Source of the DNA: Pseudomonas solani | GTDB taxonomy: Bacteria > Pseudomonadota > Gammaproteobacteria > Pseudomonadales > Pseudomonadaceae | Assembly: GCF_026072635.1 (NCBI RefSeq) | Contig: NZ_AP023081.1 | Coordinates: forward strand, 3,373,850-3,397,849 | DNA: 24,000 bases | Reading direction: 5' to 3' | Notes under the pieces: generated by a model | Seen by the model: only the letters and a program-made list of their open reading frames with translations | What the model was told of the DNA's origin: nothing | Database searches by the model: none | Position numbers and translations under genes: made by a program | Shown here: positions 8,643-15,181 of the stretch, in pieces | Layout of the letters: every line of letters starts with the position of its first letter | Numbering within the stretch: the first letter of the stretch is position 1

Positions 8643-9866
8643 TCAACCTTTTACGCACACCACCTGGCGCAGGGTATGCACCACTTCCACCAGCTCGCGC
8701 TGGGCATGCATCACGGCGTCGATATCCTTGTAGGCCATGGGGATTTCGTCGATCACGTCTTCGTCCTTGCGGCATTCCACATGGGCGGTGGCGCGGATCT
8801 GGTCTTCCACGGTGAACAGTTTCTTCGCCTTGGTACGGCTCATGGTGCGACCGGCACCGTGGCTGCAGGAGCAAAACGCCTCCTCGTTACCCAGGCCGCG
8901 CACGATGAAGCTGCGCGCGCCCATGGAGCCCGGGATGATCCCCAGCTGGCCCTTCTGCGCCGATACCGCACCTTTGCGGGTTACCAGGACCTCCTGGCCG
9001 AAGTGCTGCTCCTTCTGCACGTAGTTGTGGTGGCAGTTCACTGCCTCCAGGTTGGCCTCGAAGGGCTTGGTGATCACCTGGCGTGCTGCAGCGATCACGG
9101 CATGCATCATCATCGCTCGGTTCTGCTTGGCGAAGTCCTGGGCCCAGCTCACGGCTTCCACGTAGTCGTCGAAGTGCTCGCTGCCTTCTTCGAAGTAGGC
9201 CAGGTCGCGGTCCGGCAGGTTGGCGATGTGCTGGCGCATATCGGCCTGGGCCAGTTCGATGAACAGGTTGCCGATGGCGTTACCTACGCCGCGCGATCCG
9301 CTGTGGAGCATGAACCAGACGCGCTGTGCTTCGTCCAGGCAGACCTCGATGAAGTGGTTACCGGTTCCCAGGGTTCCCAGGTGCTTGCGGTTGTTGGTCT
9401 TCTCCAGGCGCGGGTACTTATCGGTGATCACCTTGAAGCGCCCGGCCAGGGCCGACCAGGCGTGGTCCGCCAGCTCCGGCACGTCTTCCCAGGCGCCTTT
9501 GTCTCGGCCACCGCGGGAAACGCTACGCCCGTGGGGCACGGCTCTTTCGATGGCGCTTCGCAGGCCGGCCAGGTTATCCGGCAGGTCGGAGGCGGTCAGC
9601 GAGGTGCGCGCGGCGATCATTCCGCAACCGATGTCCACGCCCACGGCGGCCGGGATGATGGCGCCGACGGTGGGGATCACGCTGCCGATGGTCGACCCCT
9701 TACCCAGGTGCACGTCCGGCATCACGGCCAGGTGCTTGAAGATGAAGGGCATCTGCGCGGTGTTCATCAGCTGCTTGCGCGCGTCGTCCTCCACCGGTAC
9801 GCCCTGGGTCCAGAGCTTGATCGGTTTGCCGTTGGCGACTTCCAGCAGGTTGTAGTGCTTTTCCAT
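8643..9866 (-). CDS. rtcB: RNA-splicing ligase RtcB (408 aa)
   Basis: MEKHYNLLEVANGKPIKLWT start with AAAGGAAC SD. Metal/GMP-site motifs PDVHLGKG, DIGCGM, HSGSRGVGN, CHHNY, PGSMG, SCSHGAGR. The six-frame ORF extends to 10064 only because the ncRNA region has no in-frame stop. Confidence 0.97.
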   Translation of the reverse strand: MEKHYNLLEVANGKPIKLWTQGVPVEDDARKQLMNTAQMPFIFKHLAVMPDVHLGKGSTIGSVIPTVGAIIPAAVGVDIGCGMIAARTSLTASDLPDNLAGLRSAIERAVPHGRSVSRGGRDKGAWEDVPELADHAWSALAGRFKVITDKYPRLEKTNNRKHLGTLGTGNHFIEVCLDEAQRVWFMLHSGSRGVGNAIGNLFIELAQADMRQHIANLPDRDLAYFEEGSEHFDDYVEAVSWAQDFAKQNRAMMMHAVIAAARQVITKPFEANLEAVNCHHNYVQKEQHFGQEVLVTRKGAVSAQKGQLGIIPGSMGARSFIVRGLGNEEAFCSCSHGAGRTMSRTKAKKLFTVEDQIRATAHVECRKDEDVIDEIPMAYKDIDAVMHAQRELVEVVHTLRQVVCVKG

Positions 9867-9891
9867 GTTCTCGTTCCTTTCAATTTCAAAA

Positions 9892-10008
9892 CGGCGACAA
9901 CTGAGGTGAAACGTGCATCGCGCTCTATCCGTTGAGCTACGGCCCCGAAGAGCCGGCGGGAGTCGAACCCGCAACCACGACGTCCTGTAGTTCCACCGGC
10001 ATTCGCCG
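9892..10008 (-). ncRNA. Y-RNA-like module 5 (YrlA-type, complete permuted tRNA-like domain)
   Basis: Minus-strand RNA, in order. Closing helix CGGCGA/UCGCCG. Conserved 5' AUGC. Helix GGUGGAAC/GUUUCACC (8 bp). Helix CGUCG/CGAUG. Variable-loop-like UGGUU. T-arm GCGGG-UUCGACU-CCCGC. Acceptor-like hairpin CGGCUC-UUCG-GGGCCG. D-arm GCUC-AACGGAUA-GAGC. Conserved 3' UUGUCG. Confidence 0.72.
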
Positions 10009-10040
10009 GGTCGATCCTTTGGCCATTCGATGGCCCTGGT

Positions 10041-10147
10041 GCAGCGACGAGGTGACGCGGACATGAGACTGCTCTACCCACTGAGCTACCCGTTGCCGGG
10101 GCGGGGTTCGAACCCGCGACCAATGTAATGTCCGCTGCATTCGCTGC
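10041..10147 (-). ncRNA. Y-RNA-like module 4 (YrlA-type, complete permuted tRNA-like domain)
   Basis: Closing helix GCAGCGA/UCGCUGC. AUGCA. Helix GCGGACAU/AUGUCCGC (8 bp). UGGUC. T-arm GCGGG-UUCGAAC-CCCGC. Acceptor-like CCCG-GCAA-CGGG (GNRA tetraloop). D-arm GCUC-AGUGGGUA-GAGC. Confidence 0.72.
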
Positions 10148-10176
10148 CGGCCCATGCGGGCCGTGGTGAAACAGGT

Positions 10177-10305
10177 GCGACGACAAAAGGTGGTGAAACG
10201 TTTTCGTGTTCTACCGTTGAACTACGGCCCCGCAGTATTGGAGCCGACGGGATTCGAACCCGCATCTCGACCGTGGAAGGGTGTAGTTCCACCGGCATTC
10301 GTCGC
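10177..10305 (-). ncRNA. Y-RNA-like module 3 (YrlA-type, complete permuted tRNA-like domain)
   Basis: Closing helix GCGACGA/UCGUCGC (7 bp). AUGCC. Helix GGUGGAAC/GUUUCACC. T-arm GCGGG-UUCGAAU-CCCGU. 7-bp acceptor-like stem CGGCUCC/GGGGCCG closed by AAUACUGC. D-arm GUUC-AACGGUA-GAAC. 3' CACCUUUUGUCG. Shares an identical 20-mer with module 5 (plus strand TGTAGTTCCACCGGCATTCG at 9986..10005 and 10282..10301). Confidence 0.72.
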
Positions 10306-10317
10306 AAAACTCAAGGT

Positions 10318-10405
10318 GGCACGACAATGGAAGGCGACTGTTCCGCGTTGCCGCGGGCCGGAATCGAACCGGCTCAACCGATGTACAGCCACCTGCATTC
10401 GTGCC
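10318..10405 (-). ncRNA. Y-RNA-like module 2 (T-arm and acceptor-like hairpin, no D-arm)
   Basis: Closing helix GGCACGA/UCGUGCC. AUGCA. Helix GGUGGC/GUCGCC (with G-U pairs). T-arm GCCGG-UUCGAUU-CCGGC. Acceptor-like CCGCG-GCAA-CGCGG (GNRA). Only AACA where the D-arm would be. 3' CAUUGUCG. Confidence 0.62.
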
Positions 10406-10413
10406 GCGCGCTA

Positions 10414-10467
10414 CGGTGACAAAGGTGTGCAGGGACATCGGTGATGTAGTCCCGGCTGCATTCGCCG
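10414..10467 (-). ncRNA. Y-RNA-like module 1 (short hairpin, YrlB-like, no tRNA-like domain)
   Basis: Closing helix CGGCGA/UCACCG (one C-A mismatch). AUGCA motif. Inner helices UGCA/UGCA and GGGAC/GUCCC. Same 3' motif CACCUUUGUC as modules 3 and 5. Confidence 0.5.
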
Positions 10468-10524
10468 TCTCGCGCTTCAACTCGTTGCGGGCCCCGCCCC
10501 ATTGCGGGGCCCTTCATCTTTTCG

Positions 10525-12075
10525 CTACAGCTCGGTCGCCTCGATCAGCTCGACCCAGTGCCGCGCGCCGTATTCGCCGCTGGCGAACTGGGCGACCACA
10601 TCGAATACCGCATCGCCGAAACCGCCGACGTTGAGGATGTCAGCCCTCTCCTGCGCCTGGGTGGTGCCGTAGGGCTGGATGTCGATGCAGACCATCTTCG
10701 CCTTCGGGTTCAGCCGCTTCAGCTGCTGCCACTGGAGCATGGTTTCGGTGGCGCCGCGACGCTTGGCGTCGATCCAGGATTCGTTGTCGGAAACCAGGAT
10801 CAGCGTATCCACCTTGGCCTTCTCCTTCACCAGCTGCGCCAGCGGTGCCGAGCAGTTGGTACCACCGCCGCCGATCGAGGCCAGCTTCTGCGCGTTGCTC
10901 ATCACGCTGTCACGCGGGTTGAGTCGCACGTTCACCACGTGGTTCTCGAACGGCATCACTCGCGCCATCGGCTGCTTGCGCAGTACCGCTGCGGCCATCA
11001 GCGCCGCCACGTCGATGCAGCGCACGGTGCTGGTGGCGCCCGGGCGGTAGCCGGTGGCCGGGCTCTGCATGGAGCCGGACACGTCCGGGCACACCACCAC
11101 GTTGCCCCGCAGCGCCGGCACATTGGCCAGCGACATTTCCAGCGCGTCCTGCAGCGCCTCGCGCACCGGCTCCGGTACTTCGCTGCCGGCCATCTTGTAG
11201 GCAGTCAGCAACTGGTACGGGTAGACCCGTGCCTTGGCCACCGCTTCCCGGTCCGCCAGCCGCGCGGCAACCGTGTAGGCCGCGCCGCGCAACTGGAACA
11301 CACCGTGGCGTGCCAGGGTGTTGAGGTTCATCCGCAGTGCCTGCCAGCCCATTCGCTGTGCCTGTACCAGCCACTGTTCAGCGCTCAGCTGACGGTCACC
11401 CAGCAATTGGAAGGGCACGTCCGGCAGCTCGTCGCTGGCGCCGCTGCGGTAAGCCAGCAGGGCGCGGGTCAGCGGCGGCAGCGCGTCGGCGTCCGCCGGC
11501 TTGCCGAGTACCCAGGCGAAGAAGGCTTCACGCCAGGCTTCGCTCGGTTTCGGGTGAACCATCTTCAGCACGTCCGCCAGGGACGGTTGGTTGCCGATCG
11601 CGGTTTGCAGCAGTTGTCGCTCGCTGGCGGTGTTCAGCCACTCCTGTACCAGTCGCTTGGGTTGTGAACCGAGCGATTTACGGCCGGTCACACCGCTGCG
11701 CAGGATCTGCACGACGTTGCGCAGCATCTTGCCGTTATCCACCACCTGGCCGAAAACTGCCGGCAGCAGGGAGGAGCGTTGCGCCGCCAGAGCGGCCACC
11801 AGCAGGGCCGGCATGTCCTTCATGTGGCCGGCACGACGGGCGTACACGGCGGTCTTGGCCACGAAGGCCGCGTCCAGTTGAGCCACCAGGGCCAGGACCT
11901 CGGCCAGTTGCTCGGGAGCGTCGGCGTAGAAGGTCTGGTTCAGGCAACCGGTCATCGCCAGTTGCGCCAGCTTGTGCTTCGGCTGCAGGGCGTAGGCGCC
12001 GGCCTGGCTGTGGTTCAGTGCATCCACCTGCGGCAGGCCTGCTGCCTGGGTGTTGAAGAGTGCGGTGTTGGCCAT
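10525..12075 (-). CDS. rsr: Rsr, bacterial Ro 60-kDa autoantigen orthologue (TROVE + vWA domains, 516 aa)
   Basis: TROVE-like N-terminal two-thirds (LNQTFYADAPEQL, AVYARRAGHMKDMPALLVAAL). C-terminal vWA with MIDAS motif VVVCPDVSGSM and a later LILVSDNESW strand. Context next to Y-RNA-like RNAs and rtcB matches the Salmonella rsr-yrlBA-rtcBA arrangement. Confidence 0.93.
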   Translation of the reverse strand: MANTALFNTQAAGLPQVDALNHSQAGAYALQPKHKLAQLAMTGCLNQTFYADAPEQLAEVLALVAQLDAAFVAKTAVYARRAGHMKDMPALLVAALAAQRSSLLPAVFGQVVDNGKMLRNVVQILRSGVTGRKSLGSQPKRLVQEWLNTASERQLLQTAIGNQPSLADVLKMVHPKPSEAWREAFFAWVLGKPADADALPPLTRALLAYRSGASDELPDVPFQLLGDRQLSAEQWLVQAQRMGWQALRMNLNTLARHGVFQLRGAAYTVAARLADREAVAKARVYPYQLLTAYKMAGSEVPEPVREALQDALEMSLANVPALRGNVVVCPDVSGSMQSPATGYRPGATSTVRCIDVAALMAAAVLRKQPMARVMPFENHVVNVRLNPRDSVMSNAQKLASIGGGGTNCSAPLAQLVKEKAKVDTLILVSDNESWIDAKRRGATETMLQWQQLKRLNPKAKMVCIDIQPYGTTQAQERADILNVGGFGDAVFDVVAQFASGEYGARHWVELIEATEL

Positions 12076-12116
12076 GGTGGCGTCTCGCTCTGTTGTCCTT
12101 TCGTTGACAGGGATAT

Positions 12117-12133
12117 AGCGAGCGGCGTGCCAG
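12117..12133 (-). promoter_or_regulatory. Sigma-54 (-24/-12) promoter of the rsr-Y RNA-rtcB...rtcA operon
   Basis: Minus strand reads CTGGCACGCCGCTCGCTAT. TGGCACG-N4-TCGCT has the correct GG-N10-GC spacing against the consensus TGGCACG-N4-TTGCW. It lies 42-57 nt upstream of the rsr ATG and faces away from rtcR, which encodes a sigma-54 activator. Confidence 0.72.
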
Positions 12134-12161
12134 TTTCGTTTTCGTGGGTCGAATTAATTTT

Positions 12162-12174
12162 TAACTCATTGATT
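12162..12174 (-). promoter_or_regulatory. Candidate IHF site upstream of the sigma-54 promoter
   Basis: Minus strand AATCAATGAGTTA fits WATCAANNNNTTR at every specified position. It is centred about 38 bp upstream of the -24 element, within a 150-bp AT-rich block. Confidence 0.45.
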
Positions 12175-12317
12175 TATAAGTATTTAATTTTTATGCCCGC
12201 TGAATCCAAGGATCTCCATGGCGGCAGTCGTCATGGATATTCATATTCTTTGATATACGGATTTATCTTTTTGGATAAAATCGCCGTCACTGACGCGCCC
12301 TCGACAAGGACATGCCA

Positions 12318-12926
12318 ATGCGCTTTTCACTTTTTCTCGTCTTCAGCCTGTTTGCCGGCCTGGCCCAGGCGGTGCCGCTGCCCGAGGTGCACGAGGGCGA
12401 CATCATCTTCCACCAATCGCGCTCGGCGCAGAGCCTGGCGGTGCAGCAGGCCACCCACTCGCGCTACAGCCACATGGGGCTGGTGCTGGCGCGCAACGGC
12501 ACGCTGCAGGTGTTCGAGGCGGGGGCGAAGGTGCAGTACGTGCCGCTGCAGCACTGGATCGCCCGGGGCGAGGGTGGGCACTACGTGATCAAGCGGCTGG
12601 CCCGTGCCGATGAGCTGCTGACCCCTGACGTGCTGGTGCAGATGCGCCAGTTGGCGGAGGGCATGCGCGGGCGTCGCTATGACCTGGCCTTCGAGTGGAA
12701 TGACCAGCGCCTGTATTGCTCGGAGCTGGTGTGGAAGCTCTACGAGCGCAGCCTCGGCCTGCGCCTGGGCGAGCTGCAGCGCATCCGCGATTTCGACCTG
12801 AGTTCGCCGGTGGTAAAGGCGAAGATGCGCGAGCGCTACGGCCAGGCCATCCCGCTGGACGAGACCGTGGTATCGCCGGTGGCGATCTTCGAGTCGCCCC
12901 TGCTGATCACCGTGGCGCAGCACTGA
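12318..12926 (+). CDS. YiiX-family permuted papain-fold (NlpC/P60 superfamily) protein with signal peptide (202 aa; alternative ATG at 12312)
   Basis: MRFSLFLVFSLFAGLAQA signal peptide. GDIIFHQS...SHMGLV and the later RYDLAFEWNDQRLYCSELVWKLY (Cys after His, i.e. permuted order) fit the YiiX/DUF830-type pattern. AAGGA lies 7 nt upstream of 12318. Confidence 0.8.
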   Translation: MRFSLFLVFSLFAGLAQAVPLPEVHEGDIIFHQSRSAQSLAVQQATHSRYSHMGLVLARNGTLQVFEAGAKVQYVPLQHWIARGEGGHYVIKRLARADELLTPDVLVQMRQLAEGMRGRRYDLAFEWNDQRLYCSELVWKLYERSLGLRLGELQRIRDFDLSSPVVKAKMRERYGQAIPLDETVVSPVAIFESPLLITVAQH

Positions 12927-12928
12927 GC

Positions 12929-14533
12929 ATGGCGCGCAAGACCGTCGCCATCGGCTTTATCGGCGCCACCCTGGACCGCATGGGCAAGGGCGCCGAGCGC
13001 TGGAACAAGTGGCGCCCCAGCGTCGGCCTGTGCCAGCAGCCGGATCTGCTGCTGGACCGCCTGGAGCTGATCCACGGCAGCGATGCCCGCGACCTAGGGC
13101 TGGCCCAGCGCATCAAGGGCGATGTGGAGCAGGTGTCGCCGCAGACCGAGGTGGTGCTGCACGAGATGCCGCTGCACAACCCCTGGGACTTCGAGGAGGT
13201 GTATGCGGCGCTGCACGACTTCGCCAGTGCCTACCGCTTCGATACCGAGCGCGAGGACTACCTGGTGCACATCACCACCGGGACCCACGTAGCGCAGATC
13301 TGCTGGTTCCTGCTCACCGAGGCGCGTTACCTGCCGGCGCGCCTGGTGCAGACCTCGCCGGCCCGCCGCCGCGACGAGGATCGCCACGCCATCGGTACCC
13401 ACTCGCTGATCGACCTCGACCTGTCGCGCTACGACCATATCGCCTCGCGCTTTCAGCGCGAGATGCTGGAGAGCCTGGCGCTGCTGAAGTCCGGCATCGC
13501 CACGCGCAACGCGGCGTTCAACCGCAGCATCGAGCAGATCGAGCGGGTGGCGCTGCGTTCCCGCGCGCCCATGCTGCTGGTGGGGCCGACCGGGGCGGGC
13601 AAGTCGTTCCTGGCGCGGCGCATCTTCGAGCTGAAGGATGCGCGCCACCAGATCAAGGGCCGCTTCGTCGAGGTGAACTGCGCGACCCTGCGCGGCGACG
13701 GCGCGATGTCGGCGCTGTTCGGCCATATCAAGGGCGCCTTCACCGGCGCGCAGAACGCCCGCGATGGCCTGCTGCGCGCGGCGGACGGCGGCATGCTGTT
13801 CCTCGACGAGATCGGCGAGCTGGGCCTCGACGAGCAGGCCATGTTGCTCAAGGCCATCGAGGAGAAGCGCTTCTTCCCCATGGGCTCGGACCGTGAGGTG
13901 GAAAGCGATTTCCTGCTGATCGCCGGCACCCACCGCGACCTGCGCACGCGGGTGACCGAGGGGCTGTTCCGCGAAGACCTCTATGCCCGTATCAACCTCT
14001 GGACCTTCGAACTGCCGGGCCTGGCCGGGCGCCGCGAGGACATCGAGCCGAACATCGATTTCGAACTGGAACGCCACGCCCGCGAGCAGGGGCGCATGGT
14101 GCGCTTCAACGTCGAGGCGCGGCGCCGCTACCTGGCCTTCGCCTGTTCGGGGGAAGCGCGCTGGGCGGGCAACTTCCGCGAGCTGTCGGCCTCGATCACG
14201 CGCATGGCGACCCTGGCCGACAGCGGCCGCATCGACGAGGTGTTGGTGCAGGAGGAGATCGACCGCCTGCGCTACGCCTGGGGCGCCCAGGGGCAGGCGG
14301 ATGATGGCCTGGCGGCGCTGCTCGGCGAGCGGGTGGTGGAGCTGGACCGCTTCGACCGCCTGCAGCTGGCGGCGGTGGTCGCGGTGTGCCGCGAGGCGAG
14401 CAGCCTGTCCGAGGCGGGGCGGCTGCTCTATGACGTCTCGCGCCAGGCCAAGGCGCAGCCCAATGATGCCGACCGGCTGCGCAAGTACCTGGCGCGGTTC
14501 GGCCTGGAGTGGAAGGACCTGGCCGCCGGGTAG
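12929..14533 (+). CDS. rtcR: RtcR, sigma-54-dependent transcriptional activator with N-terminal CARF-type sensor domain (534 aa)
   Basis: MARKTVAIGFIGATLDRMGKG...WRPSV N-terminus typical of RtcR. AAA+ core with Walker A GPTGAGKS, sigma-54 contact loop GAFTGA, Walker B LFLDEIGEL. The ATG lies 2 nt after the yiiX-like stop. The upstream part of ORF 12716..14533 overlaps the yiiX-like CDS and is rejected. Confidence 0.95.
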   Translation: MARKTVAIGFIGATLDRMGKGAERWNKWRPSVGLCQQPDLLLDRLELIHGSDARDLGLAQRIKGDVEQVSPQTEVVLHEMPLHNPWDFEEVYAALHDFASAYRFDTEREDYLVHITTGTHVAQICWFLLTEARYLPARLVQTSPARRRDEDRHAIGTHSLIDLDLSRYDHIASRFQREMLESLALLKSGIATRNAAFNRSIEQIERVALRSRAPMLLVGPTGAGKSFLARRIFELKDARHQIKGRFVEVNCATLRGDGAMSALFGHIKGAFTGAQNARDGLLRAADGGMLFLDEIGELGLDEQAMLLKAIEEKRFFPMGSDREVESDFLLIAGTHRDLRTRVTEGLFREDLYARINLWTFELPGLAGRREDIEPNIDFELERHAREQGRMVRFNVEARRRYLAFACSGEARWAGNFRELSASITRMATLADSGRIDEVLVQEEIDRLRYAWGAQGQADDGLAALLGERVVELDRFDRLQLAAVVAVCREASSLSEAGRLLYDVSRQAKAQPNDADRLRKYLARFGLEWKDLAAG

Positions 14534-14620
14534 CGGCCGTGGCGTGAGCCGGGTGGCAGCCCAGGCCGCCGGGCTCGGCTATCCTGTGCGCCTTTCGAAC
14601 AGGCCGAGCAAGGACCGCCC

Positions 14621-15181
14621 ATGAACCTCCCTCACTCCGTCGAGCAACTGCGCGAGCGCTGCGCGGCGGGAGAATCCTTCGATTACCTGTACTTCTGGGG
14701 CCACAGCAGCGCCCCCGGCGCGCCGCTGGGCAAGGCCTGTTTCAGCCAGTGGTTCAAGTCGCCCTTCACCCTGGATGGCGTGCGCTACGCCACCGCCGAG
14801 CACTGGATGATGGCCGGCAAGGCACGCCTGTTCGGGGATGAGCAGGCGCTGGAGCGCATCCTCGCCGCCCGTACGCCGGCCGATGCCAAGGCGCTCGGTC
14901 GCGAGGTCCGTGGTTTCGATGACGCCCGCTGGCGGACCCACAGCTTCGACCTGGTGGTAGAGGGCAATCTCGGCAAGTTCGAGCAGAACCCCGACATGCA
15001 ACGGGTGCTGCTGGGCACCGGCACCAAGGTGCTGGTGGAGGCCAGCCCGGTGGACCCGGTCTGGGGCATCGGCCTGGCCGAGGCGGACGCGGCGGCGCGT
15101 GAGCCTGCCACCTGGCGTGGCCTCAACCTGCTGGGCTTCGCCTTGATGCAGGTGCGTGAGCGATTGGGAGGGCAGGCCTGA
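14621..15181 (+). CDS. NADAR (YbiA/DUF1768) family protein (186 aa)
   Basis: FYFWGH...FSQW...F..DG..Y.TAEHWMMAGKARLF...VEASP.D..WGIGL pattern characteristic of the NADAR/YbiA family. AAGGA SD. Confidence 0.9.
   Translation: MNLPHSVEQLRERCAAGESFDYLYFWGHSSAPGAPLGKACFSQWFKSPFTLDGVRYATAEHWMMAGKARLFGDEQALERILAARTPADAKALGREVRGFDDARWRTHSFDLVVEGNLGKFEQNPDMQRVLLGTGTKVLVEASPVDPVWGIGLAEADAAAREPATWRGLNLLGFALMQVRERLGGQA

Noticed and set aside
7162-9935. 481-aa (7162..8607) and 444-aa (8601..9935) plus-strand ORFs
   Set aside because: They are antisense to the RlaP NTase, the 192-aa gene and rtcB. They have no SD, a biased Gly/Ala/Val/His composition and no recognisable motifs.
9867-10064. 66-aa N-terminal extension of RtcB (ORF start at 10064)
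   Set aside because: The extension translates the structured RNA region (module 5). Canonical RtcB starts at MEKHYN with a good SD at 9866.
9892-10405. Canonical tRNA genes or tRNA pseudogenes (four GGTTCGA-type T-loops)
   Set aside because: The order is T-arm, closed acceptor hairpin, D-arm. There is no anticodon arm and no free acceptor or CCA end. A 5' half and a 3' half from neighbouring units do not form a complementary acceptor stem (GGGGCCG versus CCCGGCA).
9767-10480. Several 72-139 aa ORFs on both strands in the rsr-rtcB spacer
   Set aside because: They overlap each other and the T-arm, D-arm and tetraloop RNA structures. Their translations are Arg/Pro/Gly-rich, and no SD precedes any of them. 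A gene caller might still annotate some as hypothetical proteins.
10558-11667. 369-aa plus-strand ORF inside rsr
   Set aside because: Antisense shadow of the TROVE/vWA gene. Arg/His/Gly-rich with no motifs.
12716-12928. Upstream extension of the rtcR ORF (start at 12716)
   Set aside because: It overlaps the 3' third of the yiiX-like CDS in another frame. RtcR homology begins at MARKTVAIGF (12929).
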